Shown here in pieces: positions 45,011 through 60,100 of a DNA stretch of 64,000 bases (the first letter of the stretch is position 1; every line of letters begins with the position of its first letter). Under the pieces are notes generated by a model. That model made no database searches. It was given only the letters and a program-made list of their open reading frames with translations, and had not been told where the DNA came from. Source of the DNA: Pseudomonadota bacterium (GTDB lineage Bacteria > Pseudomonadota > Alphaproteobacteria > JACQOE01); the NCBI GenBank assembly GCA_016202695.1, contig JACQOE010000092.1, forward strand, positions 24,490-88,489, read 5' to 3'. The translations under genes and the position numbers were made by a program.

Positions 45011-46183
45011 AAGCCGCGGCGATGGCGGAGGCCCGCGACTTCGCGAGGATCGTGCTGCTCGCGGCGGTGGTCGCCTTCGGGCCGATCACGACCGACCTCT
45101 ATCTTCCCTCGCTCCCCTCGATGAAGGCGGCGCTGGCGGCCGACACCGCCGCCGTGCAGCTGACGCTGAGCGTCTATCTCGTCGGCTTCGCCTGCGCCCA
45201 ACTGGTGATCGGGCCGCTCTCCGACCGCTTCGGCAGGCGCCCGGTGCTGCTCTCGGGCATCGGCCTCTACGTGCTCGCCTCGATCGCCTGCGCGCTCGCC
45301 CCCGGCATCGCCAGCCTGGTCGCGCTCCGCTTCCTGCAGGCGCTCGGCGCCTGCAGCGGGGCGGTGCTGGGGCGGGCCATCGTCCGCGACCTCTACGGGC
45401 GCGAGCGGGCGGCGCGCGTGCTCGCCTACATGGGAACGGTGATGGCCCTCGCCCCCGCCCTCGCCCCCTTCCTCGGCGGCATCCTCGAGGTCGCCTTCGG
45501 CTGGCGCTCGAACTTCGTGGCGATGGCGGCGCTGGGAATCGCGGTCGGGGTCGCGGTCTTCGCCCGCCTGGCCGAGAGCAACCCCCACCCCGATGCCGAG
45601 GCGCTCCGCCCCGGGCGGCTCGCCGGCAACTACCTCCGCCTCCTCGGCAACGGCGCCTATCGCGCCTATGTCGCCATCGTCGCCGCGAGCTTCGCCGGGC
45701 TCTTCGCCTGGATCTCGGGCGCCGCCTTCGTGCTGATCGAAACCTTCGGCGTCGCCCCCGACCGCTTCGGCTTCTACTTCCTGTGGTGCGTCGCCGGCTA
45801 CATGGTGGGGAGCTTCGGCAGCGGCCGGCTCACGCTTCGGGTCGGGCTCGACCGCATGATCCTCGCCGGGGCGCTGGTGCAGGCGGCGGCCGGGCTGCTG
45901 CTCCTCGGCGCCACCCTCGGCGGCATCGGCGGGATCTACGGGGTGGTGGGGCCGGTCACGCTCTACCTCGCCGGCTGCGGGCTCACCCTCCCCAACGGGC
46001 TCGCCGCCGCGGTCGGGCCGTTCCCGCGCATGGCCGGGGCGGCCTCGGCGCTGCTCGGCTTCAGCCAGATGGCGGCGGGCGCGCTGGCCGGCTATCTGGT
46101 CGGCCGGCTCTACGACGGCACCGGGCGCTCGCTCGCGCTCGTGGTGGCGGCGGCGGGCGCCGCCTCGCTCCTCGCCTTCGCGC

Positions 46184-48052
<1,869 letters not shown>

Positions 48053-48065
48053 CCGGGACGGCGGC

Positions 48066-50522
<2,457 letters not shown>

Positions 50523-51719
50523 CTAGCCCGGGCTCGCGGCCTGCGCCTCGGGCGTGAGCGTCGAGTCGCGCACGGCGAAGAACTGCGCCGCCCCGTCGAG
50601 CGGCGCGAAGGTGGCGATCTCGGTCCCGCTCAGCCACGCCTGCGCGCCGAGCGCGACGAGCTCGTCGAAGAGGGCGGCAAGGCGGCGCCGGTCGAGATGG
50701 GCGGCGATCTCGTCGAGGAGGAGGATCGGGGTGACCCCGCGCTCGAGGGCGCGAAGGCGGGCGTTGGCCAGCACGATCGAGACCAGCAGCGCCTTCTGCT
50801 CGCCGGTCGAGCAGGCCGCCGCCGGCTCGCCCCGCTCGAGATGCACGACCTTGAGGTCGCTGCGCTGCGGCCCGGCGAGCGCGGTCCCGGCCTCGGCGTC
50901 GCGCGCGCGGCCCGCCCGCAGCGCGTCGCGGAAGCGCTCCTCGGCAGCGAGCGCGGGCATCGCCTCGAGCCCGGCCTCGATCTCGCCGGCGAGCGAGAGG
51001 GAGGCGGCCGGGAAGGCGCCCGCGGCCGAGGTCGCGGCCCGGTTGAGGCGGTCCACCGCATCCACCCGCGCCGCCGCCACCGCCACCCCGTTCGCGGCCA
51101 TCGTCTCCTCGAGCGCCGAAAGCCAGTCGCCGTCGGCCGGGCGCCCCGCCTCCCGCCCCTCGCGCAGCAGGCGCTGGCGCTGGCGCAGCGCCCCCTCGTA
51201 GGCCGCCAGCCGGCCGGCGTGCCCGGGATCGAGGGCCCCGACCAGCCGGTCGAGGAAGCGCCGGCGGGCGCCCGGGGCGTCGAGGAACAGCCGGTCCATC
51301 GCCGGCGTGATCCAGACCGCGCTCACGCTCTCGGCGAGGGCCGCCTGGCCGCCGGCGCGCGCCCCGTTGACCCGAACGACGCGGCGCTCGGCCAGCCGCT
51401 CGCCCGCCTCCGGCTCGCCCTCGGCGACGACCTCGACCCCGGTGCCGAGCTCGACCCGGCCGTCGGGCGTGTCCACGCTCGCCGCCACCGCCCAGGCGAC
51501 GCCGCCCGGGAGCGCCGGCAGGGGCGCGCCCCCGGGCGGCCGGAAGCGCACCTCGGCCAGCCGCGCCCCACGCAGGCCCCGGCCCGGGACCAAGAACGAA
51601 ACCGCCTCGAGGAGATTGGTCTTGCCGGCGCCGTTCGGCCCGGCGAGCACGACGGGACCGCCGTCGAGCGCGAGGCGAAGCCGGCGGTAGGAGCGGAAGT
51701 CGGTGAGATCCAGCCGCAC
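50523..51719 (-). CDS. recF: DNA replication/repair protein RecF
   Basis: GTG at 51719 (VRLDLTDFRSY). Walker A GPNGAGKTNLLEA and the signature LSTGEQK-like CSTGEQKALL. The start is uncertain by a few codons. Confidence 0.88.
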   Translation of the reverse strand: MRLDLTDFRSYRRLRLALDGGPVVLAGPNGAGKTNLLEAVSFLVPGRGLRGARLAEVRFRPPGGAPLPALPGGVAWAVAASVDTPDGRVELGTGVEVVAEGEPEAGERLAERRVVRVNGARAGGQAALAESVSAVWITPAMDRLFLDAPGARRRFLDRLVGALDPGHAGRLAAYEGALRQRQRLLREGREAGRPADGDWLSALEETMAANGVAVAAARVDAVDRLNRAATSAAGAFPAASLSLAGEIEAGLEAMPALAAEERFRDALRAGRARDAEAGTALAGPQRSDLKVVHLERGEPAAACSTGEQKALLVSIVLANARLRALERGVTPILLLDEIAAHLDRRRLAALFDELVALGAQAWLSGTEIATFAPLDGAAQFFAVRDSTLTPEAQAASPG

Positions 51720-51796
51720 GACCGCGAGCCACCCGCCCCGCGCCGGGCGGGCGCGGGCGGAGGACGCGGTCGATGGTCGAGTGAGGACGGCCTCTC

Positions 51797-52915
51797 TCAC
51801 ACCCGCATCGGCATCAAGACGTAGAGCGCGCTCGCGTCGCCCGAGTCGTGCACCACGGTGGGCGAGGTAGAATCGGCCATCACGAAGCGCGCGGTTTCGC
51901 CGTGGATCTGTTGCGTGATGTCCAAGAGGTAGCGCGAGTTGAAGCCGATCTCGATGTGGCTGTCCGAGTACTTGACCTCGATCTCCTCGACCGCGCTGCC
52001 CGACTCCGGGCTGTGGGCGGAGAGCGTCAGCCCGCCCTGATCCAGGGTCAGCTTGATCGCCCGCGACTTCTCGGTGGAGATGGCGGACACCCGGTCGACG
52101 GCGGCGGTGAAGTCGCGGCACTTGACCTCGAGCAGCTTGTCGTTGCCGGCGGGGATCACCCGCTCGTAGTCGGGGAAGGTGCCGTCGATGAGCTTGGAGG
52201 TCAGGACCGCGCCGTCGAAGGCGAACCGGATCTTGGTGTTGGACAGGCTGACGAGGATGGTGTCGCTCGCCTCCTCGATGAGCTTGCGCAGCTCGCCGAC
52301 CGTCTTGCGCGGGACGATCACCCCGGGCAGGTGCTTGGCGCCCTCGGGCAGCGGCAACTGGACCCGGGCGAGACGGTGGCCGTCGGTGGCGACCGCCCGC
52401 AGCACCGGCGTCCCCTCCTGCTCGGCGGCGTGCAGGTAGATGCCGTTGAGGTAGTAGCGGGTCTCCTCGGTCGAGATGGCGAAGCGGGTGCGGTCGATGA
52501 GCGACCTCATGTCGGCCGGGGAGAGGCCGAAGGAGTGCGGCAGCTTGCCCTCGCTCATCACCGGGAAGTCGGAGGGCGGAAGGCAGGCGAGGCGGGTCTT
52601 GAAGCGGCCGGAGCGCAGGTTGAGCTGGCCCTCGTCGTCGCCGGTGGCGAGCTCCACCTGCGCCCCCTCGGGGAGCCTGCGGACGATCTCGTAGAGGGTG
52701 TGCGCCGGCGCCGTGGTCGCGCCCTCGCCGCTCACCTCGGCGGCGAGCGACTCGACGATGGCGATGTCCATGTCGGTGGCGGTCAGGCTCAGGCGGCCGG
52801 CCTTCGCCTCGACCAGGACGTTGGACAGAATCGGGATCGTGTTGCGGCGCTCGACCACGCTCTGCACGTGGCCGAGCGACCTGAGGAGGGCGGCGCGTTC
52901 GATGGTGAGTTTCAT
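51797..52915 (-). CDS. dnaN: DNA polymerase III beta sliding clamp
   Basis: ATG at 52915 (MKLTIERAALLRSLGHVQSVVERRNTIPILSN). 372 aa with the canonical length and pattern. Confidence 0.95.
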   Translation of the reverse strand: MKLTIERAALLRSLGHVQSVVERRNTIPILSNVLVEAKAGRLSLTATDMDIAIVESLAAEVSGEGATTAPAHTLYEIVRRLPEGAQVELATGDDEGQLNLRSGRFKTRLACLPPSDFPVMSEGKLPHSFGLSPADMRSLIDRTRFAISTEETRYYLNGIYLHAAEQEGTPVLRAVATDGHRLARVQLPLPEGAKHLPGVIVPRKTVGELRKLIEEASDTILVSLSNTKIRFAFDGAVLTSKLIDGTFPDYERVIPAGNDKLLEVKCRDFTAAVDRVSAISTEKSRAIKLTLDQGGLTLSAHSPESGSAVEEIEVKYSDSHIEIGFNSRYLLDITQQIHGETARFVMADSTSPTVVHDSGDASALYVLMPMRV

Positions 52916-53195
52916 CGGATCGATGTCACCGGAGCTGTGGACGGGGCCTTCGGTTTCGACGTTCGCATTCCTCGCCAGAGACGCTCCGACCACGGGCCGG
53001 ACGCCATGTCCGGGGCCAGTCCTGGTCCGTTCGACGGGGGTCGGGACGGAGCCTTTCGGCCCGGCCCCGAAAGGGACCGGCTAGTATAGCAAAGGCGCTT
53101 GCGGCCGTAAGCTTTTTCCGTGCCGGAAGGGGCCCCCGGAACCGTCCCGCCGGAGGCCCTTCGGGAGGCCGTCGAGGAGCCCCGCGGGGGGCGCC

Positions 53196-54584
53196 TCAAC
53201 TCTCCAGCATCCGGCGCAGAAGCTCGAAGTCCTCGGCGAAGCCGGCCTCGCGCTCGAGGAACTCCTCGACCCGCTTGACCGCGTGCATCACCGTGGTGTG
53301 GTCGCGCCCGCCGAACTTGCGCCCGATCTCGGGAAGCGAGCGGGCGGTGAGCTGCTTGGCCAGGTACATGGCCACCTGGCGGGGCCTCGCCACCGCCCGG
53401 GCGCGGCGCGCCGAGTGCATGTCGGCGAGGCGGATGTTGTAGTGCTCGGCCACCCGCTTCTGGATCTCCTCGATGGTGAGGCGCCGGTCGTTGGCCCTGA
53501 GGATGTCGTGCAGGACCTCCTGGGTGGTCTCGAGCGTGATCGGCCGGCCGACCAGCTGGGCGTGGGCGATCACCCGATTGAGCGCCCCCTCCAGCTCGCG
53601 CACGTTGGCGGTGATCTTGTGGGCCAGGAATTCGAGCACCTTGACCGGGACCGCGACCTTGTTCTGCTCGACCTTGGCCTGCAGGATTCCCAGCCTCAGC
53701 TCGTAGGTGGTGGCGTGGATGTCGGCCACCAGGCCGCAGCCGAGCCGCGAGCGCAGCCGCTCCTCCATGCCCTCGAGATCCGAGGGCGACTTGTCGGCCG
53801 AGATCACGATCTGCCGGCCCATGTCGATGAGGGCGTTGAAGGTGTGGAAGAATTCCTCCTGGGTGGAGTCTTTTCCGCTGATGAACTGGACGTCGTCGAT
53901 CATCAGCACGTCGACCGAGCGGAACTGGTCCTTGAAGTCCATCGTGCTCTTATCGCGCAGCGCCCGGATGAACCGGTACATGAACTTCTCGGCCGAGAGG
54001 TAGACGACGCTGCGCGCCGGATCGCGCTCGCGGATCTCCCAGGCGACGGCGTGCATCAGGTGGGTCTTGCCCAGCCCGACGCCGGCGTAGAGGAAGAGCG
54101 GATTGAAGGGCATGCCGCGGGCCTCGGCCACGCGCCGCGCGGCGGCATAGGCGAACTCGTTGGGCTTGCCGACGACGAAATTGGCGAAGGTGAGGCGGGG
54201 ATCGAGCGGGGCGCCGATCTCGCCCGTCGCCTCGGCACCATGGGGACGGGGCCGCCCCGGCCCGGCCTCCGCCGGGGCGCCGGCGCGGGCCGGCACGGCG
54301 GCCGGCACCACCGGCGCCTCGATCCCGCCGCCGCCCGCGACGACGGCGAAGTCGACCGCCCGGACGGCCGGGTCCTCCCTCGCCCAGAGGCTGCGGATGA
54401 GATCCCCGTAGTGGGCCTTCACCCAGTCGCACAGGAAGCGGGTGGGGACGCCGATCCGCACCTCGCCGGCCCCGACCCCGACCAGGGTCGTCGGCTTCAG
54501 CCAACTCTTGAACGCCGCCTCGCCCACCTCGGCCCGGAGCTGGCCGCGGATGCGCGTCCACCGCAGGTTTGCGTCCTCGGTCAT
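53196..54584 (-). CDS. dnaA: chromosomal replication initiator DnaA
   Basis: ATG at 54584 (MTEDANLRWTRIRGQL). AAA+ Walker A GVGLGKTHL and C-terminal DNA-binding domain (GRDHTTVMHA). Confidence 0.95.
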   Translation of the reverse strand: MTEDANLRWTRIRGQLRAEVGEAAFKSWLKPTTLVGVGAGEVRIGVPTRFLCDWVKAHYGDLIRSLWAREDPAVRAVDFAVVAGGGGIEAPVVPAAVPARAGAPAEAGPGRPRPHGAEATGEIGAPLDPRLTFANFVVGKPNEFAYAAARRVAEARGMPFNPLFLYAGVGLGKTHLMHAVAWEIRERDPARSVVYLSAEKFMYRFIRALRDKSTMDFKDQFRSVDVLMIDDVQFISGKDSTQEEFFHTFNALIDMGRQIVISADKSPSDLEGMEERLRSRLGCGLVADIHATTYELRLGILQAKVEQNKVAVPVKVLEFLAHKITANVRELEGALNRVIAHAQLVGRPITLETTQEVLHDILRANDRRLTIEEIQKRVAEHYNIRLADMHSARRARAVARPRQVAMYLAKQLTARSLPEIGRKFGGRDHTTVMHAVKRVEEFLEREAGFAEDFELLRRMLES

Positions 54585-55398
54585 GAGGTCGTCGATCCTT
54601 TCGTTCCCGGCCACCGGCGCCCGACGGCCCGAACCGCCCCGCCTGCCGAGCGGGGGCGCGAACCCGGCACCGGCGGCCCGCCGTGCCATGCGTCCTTCGG
54701 CACGCGGTCCGCACCCTGGCGGCACCCTCTCCCGAACCCGACCATCGACCCGCGACTTCCCCTCACCTCGAGCGGCGCGACTCGCCGGTCGCGCTCATCA
54801 TTTCGGCTTTATTTTCCATGGTCCGGTTTGCGACCTTGGCATTGCTTCGAGTCGCTCCTCCTCGACCTCCCTCGCCGTTCGTTTCGGCCCCGGTCGGACG
54901 CCGGCCCGCCATCCCGCCCGGGACCGGGAAGCGATGGAAATCCTCGCTCCACCATGGCGCCCTCGCCGGCGGCGGTCGGCGAGGCGCCCGCGACGCTCGC
55001 GGCCGGCCACGGCGTCGGAATCTCGCCGCGTGAGAACCGCAAATGCTCGCAAGTAATAACCTCCCAATCTAGCAAGTAAATCGTTAAGTATCAAAATCAA
55101 AGCACAACAACGGAAAAACAAACCACATTGGGATCGCCGCGCCACGGCTTCCCTGCCTAACCAAAGGAAAATCTACTTACCGAACCCCCAAATCTGAGGC
55201 CACCGGTTACTTCCGGTTCCCCGAACTTGTCTTTGACCTCAGACCGATCTTACGAGGCGTAACCTTAAACCGAAGGGCGCCCTTTGACAACGTGACCGAA
55301 TCGCGAACAGGAGCGATTTCAACCTTCGGCTGCCCTCTCGCCTGCCCGCCTCCCGCGCCGGCCGCGACCGCTCTCCCGGGCGAGGGCCGAAGGCCGGC

Positions 55399-55680
55399 CT
55401 AGGGCGCGGCAGCCGGCGCCTGCAGGGCCTTGATCCGGGCGGAGAGGCGCGAAAGGGTGCGGGCGGAGGTATTACGATGCACCAGCCCCTTGCTGACGCC
55501 CCGCATCAGCTCCGGCTGGGCGAGGCGGAACGCCGCCACCGCCTGCTCCTTGTCGCCGGCGGCGATCGCCGCCTCGACGCGCTTGAGGAAGGTCCGGATG
55601 CGGCTCAGGCGCGCGTGGTTGACGACCGTGCGCTTCTCGGCGCGCCGGTGGCGTTTCTTCGCGGAGGGGTGATTCGCCAT
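55399..55680 (-). CDS. rpsT: 30S ribosomal protein S20
   Basis: 93 aa. [18 protein letters not shown]-terminus typical of S20. Confidence 0.95.
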   Translation of the reverse strand: MANHPSAKKRHRRAEKRTVVNHARLSRIRTFLKRVEAAIAAGDKEQAVAAFRLAQPELMRGVSKGLVHRNTSARTLSRLSARIKALQAPAAAP

Positions 55681-55739
55681 GTCTCTCGTATCGCTGGTCT
55701 CGTTCCGGCCGGAGCGGGGCTCGGTCGCGGAGGCAGGCG

Positions 55740-55768
55740 GTTATAGTCGCCGCCGCCCGACCCGTCAA
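55740..55768 (-). promoter_or_regulatory. candidate sigma70-type promoter of rpsT
   Basis: The minus strand reads TTGACG (55768-55763), a 17-nt spacer, then TATAAC (55745-55740), about 60 nt upstream of the rpsT ATG. Confidence 0.5.
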
Positions 55769-55795
55769 GGTTGGCGGCGGGCCGCGCCGGCACCG

Positions 55796-56572
55796 TCAGC
55801 GGTTGGTGAAGTTGGGCTGGCGTTTCTCGACGAAGGCGGCCATGCCCTCCTTCTGATCCTCGGTGGCGAAGGTGGCGTGGAACAGCCGCCGCTCGAAGCG
55901 GATGCCCTCGGCGAGCGTGGTCTCAAAGGCGCGGTTGACCGACTCCTTGATCATCATCGCCACCGGGCGCGACATCTCGGCGATGCGCTCGGCGAGCTTG
56001 ATCGCCTCGTCGAGGAGCTTGTCGGCGGGCACCACCCGGGCCACCAGCGAGGCGCGCTCGGCTTCCTCCGCCTCCATCGTGCGCCCGGTCAGGCACATCT
56101 CCATCGCCTTGGCCTTGCCGACCGCCCGCACCAGCCGCTGGGTGCCCCCGGAGCCGGGCATGGTGCCGAGCGTGACCTCCGGCTGGCCGAACTTCGCGCC
56201 GTCGGCGGCGATGACGATGTCGCACATCATCGCCAGCTCGCAGCCGCCGCCGAGCGCGTACCCGGCGACCGCGGCGATCGTCGGCTTGCGGCAGCGGCTC
56301 ACCGCCTCCCAGCCGCGGGTGACGAAGTCGGCCATGAAGACATCGATGTAGGTGCGGTCCTTCATCTCCTTGATGTCCGCCCCGGCGGCGAACGCCTTGT
56401 CGTCGCCGGTGATCACGATCGCGCCCACGGCGTCGTCGGCCTCGAACTCGGCCAGCGCCCGCTCGAGCTCGGCGACGAGCGCCGCCGAGAGGGCGTTCAG
56501 CGCCTTCGGACGGTGGAGCGTGATCAGCCCGACCGGGCCGCGTTTCTCGACGATCAGGGTCTCGAAGACCAT
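55796..56572 (-). CDS. enoyl-CoA hydratase (crotonase family)
   Basis: 258 aa. Crotonase fold motifs ([26 protein letters not shown]). Confidence 0.92.
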   Translation of the reverse strand: MVFETLIVEKRGPVGLITLHRPKALNALSAALVAELERALAEFEADDAVGAIVITGDDKAFAAGADIKEMKDRTYIDVFMADFVTRGWEAVSRCRKPTIAAVAGYALGGGCELAMMCDIVIAADGAKFGQPEVTLGTMPGSGGTQRLVRAVGKAKAMEMCLTGRTMEAEEAERASLVARVVPADKLLDEAIKLAERIAEMSRPVAMMIKESVNRAFETTLAEGIRFERRLFHATFATEDQKEGMAAFVEKRQPNFTNR

Positions 56573-56720
56573 GCCGTGTTTCCTCCGCGGTTGAATCGCC
56601 CGCCGCCGGGCGCCCGCACCGACGCCCCCGGCAGAAAGGTGTTAGCTGGGCACCCGCGCCGCCCGGTCAAGGGTCGCCAGCCGGTTTATGCTGCGGCGCA
56701 GCATGGGCGGCGACTCTAGA

Positions 56721-57560
56721 TCAGCGCTGGCGCCGGGAACAGAAAAAAGTGGCGCGCCCCCCCTGCACCAGCCGGCGGATGCCGCCGGTCCTGGTGGGGT
56801 CGCAGTCGCAACCCGGGCACGGCTGGCCCTCGCGGTCGTAAACCGCGAATCGGTGCTGGAAGTAGCCGAGCTCGCCCGAGGGCCGGACATGATCGCGCAG
56901 GCTCGATCCCCCGGCGGCGATCGCCTCGCCGAGCACCGCCTTGATCGCGGCCACCAGGCGCGCCGCCCGCGCCCCCGCCACCGAGCCGGCACCGCGGCGG
57001 GGCGAGATGCCGGCCCGGAACAGGCTCTCCGAGGCATAGATGTTGCCGAGCCCGGCCACCACCCGCTGATCGAGGAGGAGCGCCTTGATCGGCGCCCGGC
57101 GGCCGCGGAGCGCCCGCGACAGGGTTTCGGCGTCGAACCCCCCGTCGAACGGCTCGAGTCCGAGCCGGGCGAGGAGGGGATGGGTATCGAGCGCCGCCGC
57201 CCGCGCCCACGCCATCAGCCCGAATCGGCGCGGGTCGCTGTACGAGACCGCCGCCCCCGCGGCGGTGATCAGGCGCAGGTGCTCGTGGCGCGCCGGCGGC
57301 GAATCGGGCGAGCCGACCAGAAGGCGCCCCGACATGCCAAGATGCACGATCAGCGCCCCGCCGTCATCGAGGTGCCAGAGCATGTACTTCCCGCGCCGGG
57401 CGATCCTCTGGACGCGCCGGCCCTCGAGCCGGCGCGCGAGGCCGGCGGGGAAGGGCGCGCGGAGATCGGCCCGGCGCAGCAGGACGCGCGCGATCTCCCG
57501 GCCTTCGAGCACCGGGCGGAGGCCGCGGCAGACGGTTTCGACCTCGGGCAGTTCGGGCAT
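56721..57560 (-). CDS. mutM: formamidopyrimidine-DNA glycosylase
   Basis: ATG at 57560 gives the MPELPEVE N-terminus. H2TH region and a C-terminal zinc finger (CPGC ... FFCSRRQ). Confidence 0.93.
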   Translation of the reverse strand: MPELPEVETVCRGLRPVLEGREIARVLLRRADLRAPFPAGLARRLEGRRVQRIARRGKYMLWHLDDGGALIVHLGMSGRLLVGSPDSPPARHEHLRLITAAGAAVSYSDPRRFGLMAWARAAALDTHPLLARLGLEPFDGGFDAETLSRALRGRRAPIKALLLDQRVVAGLGNIYASESLFRAGISPRRGAGSVAGARAARLVAAIKAVLGEAIAAGGSSLRDHVRPSGELGYFQHRFAVYDREGQPCPGCDCDPTRTGGIRRLVQGGRATFFCSRRQR

Positions 57561-57651
57561 GCGCGCCTTTCCCTCGCTTGGCGCGGACGAGGGCCGCGCC
57601 CGCGGGCGCCAGAACATAGCGCCCCGCCCGGGCCTGCGCTATCTTCCGGCC

Positions 57652-58416
57652 ATGTCCGGACGCCCGCCGCGGCCCGCCCCCTCGGGCCACACCCATTTCG
57701 GTTTCCGCACCGTCGCCGAGTCCGCGAAGCCCGCCCTGGTCCGGGGCGTCTTCGACAGCGTCGCCACCCGCTACGACCTGATGAACGACCTCATGAGCCT
57801 CGGCGTCCATCGGCTGTGGAAGGCGGTGCTCCTCGATGCCCTGAACCCCCGTCCGGGGATGCGGCTGGTCGACGTCGCCGGCGGCACCGGCGACGTGTCC
57901 CTCGGCTTCCTCGCCCGCGGCGGAGGCGCGGCGGTGATCGTGGACCTGACGCCGGCGATGCTGGCGGTCGGGCGGGCGCGGGCCGGCGAGCGGGGCCTCG
58001 GCGCCGGCCTCGGATTCGTCTGCGGCGATGCCGAGGCGCTGCCGCTCGCCGACATGACCGCCGACGCCTACACCATCGCCTTCGGGCTGCGCAACGTCAC
58101 CCGCATCGCCCGGGCGCTGGCCGAGGCGCGGCGCGTGCTTAAGCCCGGCGGGCGCTTCCTCTGCCTGGAGTTCTCGCGCGTGGTGCTGCCCGCCCTCGCC
58201 GGGCTCTACGAGCGCTACTCGTTTGCCGTGCTCCCGCGACTCGGTCGCTGGGTGGCGAGCGACGAGGGCGCCTACACCTACCTCGCGGAAAGCATCCGCC
58301 GCTTTCCCCCCCAGGAGGAGCTGGCGGCGCTGATCGCCGGCGCCGGGCTCGAGCGGGTGGGCTACCGCAACCTCTCCGGCGGCATCGCCGCCCTCCACTC
58401 GGCCTGGCGGCTCTGA
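57652..58416 (+). CDS. ubiE: demethylmenaquinone/ubiquinone C-methyltransferase
   Basis: ATG at 57652. FDSVATRYDLMNDLMS and the SAM motif VDVAGGTGD. 254 aa. Confidence 0.93.
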   Translation: MSGRPPRPAPSGHTHFGFRTVAESAKPALVRGVFDSVATRYDLMNDLMSLGVHRLWKAVLLDALNPRPGMRLVDVAGGTGDVSLGFLARGGGAAVIVDLTPAMLAVGRARAGERGLGAGLGFVCGDAEALPLADMTADAYTIAFGLRNVTRIARALAEARRVLKPGGRFLCLEFSRVVLPALAGLYERYSFAVLPRLGRWVASDEGAYTYLAESIRRFPPQEELAALIAGAGLERVGYRNLSGGIAALHSAWRL

Positions 58417-58436
58417 GCGGCGGCGAATCGCGACAG

Positions 58437-59993
58437 ATGTTTCGCCACCTTCGTCATCTCGTTCACCTGCTGGCGATCGCCCGCGCGCTCGCCCGCCACG
58501 ACGTGGTCTTCGTGCTCGAGGCGCTGAAGGTCGCCCCCGTGGTGGTCGGGCTCGCCCGCCTGGTCTCGCGCCGGGCCGTGCCCTTGGGCCGCGAGGGCGC
58601 GCTCCGCCCCGGCCAGAGGCTGGCCAAGGCGCTGCAAGAGCTCGGCCCCAGCTTCATCAAGCTCGGGCAGGCGCTCTCCACCCGCTCCGACCTCCTCGGC
58701 GAGGAGTTCGCCGCCGACCTCTCCGAGCTGCAGGACCGCCTTCCCCCCTTTCCCGGAGACGAGGCCCGCCGCAGCGTCGGCGCCGAGCTGGGGGCGCCGG
58801 TCGAGTCCCTCTTTTCGGCCTTCGATGAGGCGCCGGTCGCCGCCGCCTCGATCGCGCAGGTCCATCTCGCCGTCACCGGCGAGGGCGAGGAGGTGGCGGT
58901 CAAGGTGCTGCGGCCGGGGATCGAGCAGGCGTTCCAGCGCGACCTCGACTTCCTGATGTGGGTGGCGGAGCTGATCGCGCAGACGCAGCCCGCGCTCCGG
59001 CGCTTGAAGCCGATCGAGGTGGTCCGCACCTTCGGCGAGACGGTGCGGATGGAGATGGATCTCCGCTTCGAGGCCGCGGCCGCGGTCGAGCTGGCCGAGA
59101 ACTTCGCCGGCGATCCCACCTTCCGCGTCCCCAGAGTGGACTGGCGGCGGACCGCGCGGCGCGTGCTCACCACCGGGCGCGTCAGGGGCATCCCGGCGGA
59201 CGAGCGCGAGCGGCTGATCGCCGCCGGGCACGACCCCACCGCGATCCTCGAGCGGGCCGCGGTCAGCTTCTTCAATCAAGTCTTCCGCGACGGTTTCTTC
59301 CACGCCGACATGCACCCCGGCAACGTGTTCGTCGAGGCGGGCGGCAACCTGGCGGTGGTCGACTTCGGCATCATGGGCCGGCTCGACCACCGCACCCGCC
59401 GCTATCTCGGCGAGATGCTGTCCGGCTTCCTCACCGGCAATTACCGGCGGGTGGCGGAGGTGCACTTCGAGGCCGGCTACGTTCCCCGCCACAAGTCGGT
59501 CGATGCCTTCACCCAGGCCGCCCGCTCGATCGGCGAGCCGATCCTGGGCCGGCCGCTGCACGAGATCTCCATCGCCCGGCTCTTGGGCCAGATGTTCGAG
59601 ATCACCGAGGCGTTCGAGATGGAGACCCAGCCGCAGCTCCTCCTCCTCCAGAAGACCATGCTCACCGCCGAGGGAATCGGCCGGGCGCTCAACCCTGACC
59701 TCAATATGTGGCAGCTCGCCCAGCCGCTGATCGAGACCTGGATGCGCGAGACGATCGGACCGGAGGCGCAACTCCGCGACCGGCTGCTCGACGCGCTCGA
59801 CACCGTCGAGCGACTGCCGCGGCTCCTGTCGGACGCCGAGGCGGCGACTCGCACCCTCGCCGACGCCGGCATCCGCCTCCACCCCGAGACCATGCGCGAG
59901 CTCGCCCCTCCCCGCCGCCAACGCCGGAGCCCGGCGGCGGCGCTTTGGGCGCTGGTCATCCTCCTCCTCATCCTCCTCGTTCTGCTGAAGTAG
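58437..59993 (+). CDS. ubiB: ubiquinone biosynthesis regulatory kinase-like protein UbiB (ABC1 family)
   Basis: 518 aa. [23 protein letters not shown] and HADMHPGN motifs, plus a C-terminal TM helix. Confidence 0.93.
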   Translation: MFRHLRHLVHLLAIARALARHDVVFVLEALKVAPVVVGLARLVSRRAVPLGREGALRPGQRLAKALQELGPSFIKLGQALSTRSDLLGEEFAADLSELQDRLPPFPGDEARRSVGAELGAPVESLFSAFDEAPVAAASIAQVHLAVTGEGEEVAVKVLRPGIEQAFQRDLDFLMWVAELIAQTQPALRRLKPIEVVRTFGETVRMEMDLRFEAAAAVELAENFAGDPTFRVPRVDWRRTARRVLTTGRVRGIPADERERLIAAGHDPTAILERAAVSFFNQVFRDGFFHADMHPGNVFVEAGGNLAVVDFGIMGRLDHRTRRYLGEMLSGFLTGNYRRVAEVHFEAGYVPRHKSVDAFTQAARSIGEPILGRPLHEISIARLLGQMFEITEAFEMETQPQLLLLQKTMLTAEGIGRALNPDLNMWQLAQPLIETWMRETIGPEAQLRDRLLDALDTVERLPRLLSDAEAATRTLADAGIRLHPETMRELAPPRRQRRSPAAALWALVILLLILLVLLK

Positions 59994-60100
59994 ACGGCCC
60001 TCCGGCTCGTCTTTCCCGGTTGACGGCAGCGAACGGGCTTGTAGAGTGCGGGTCCAACCTCATAATACAGGGACATGGCGTAATTTTGGGCGCTTTCACA

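Noticed and set aside
55030-55340. DnaA boxes and CtrA sites (TTAA-N7-TTAA) in the AT-rich dnaA-rpsT core
   Set aside because: The best DnaA-box-like words I could find match only 6-7 of 9 positions (for example CAAACCACA), and there is no TTAA-N7-TTAA. This is insufficient to annotate oriC elements as features, so the region is reported only as a finding to be tested.
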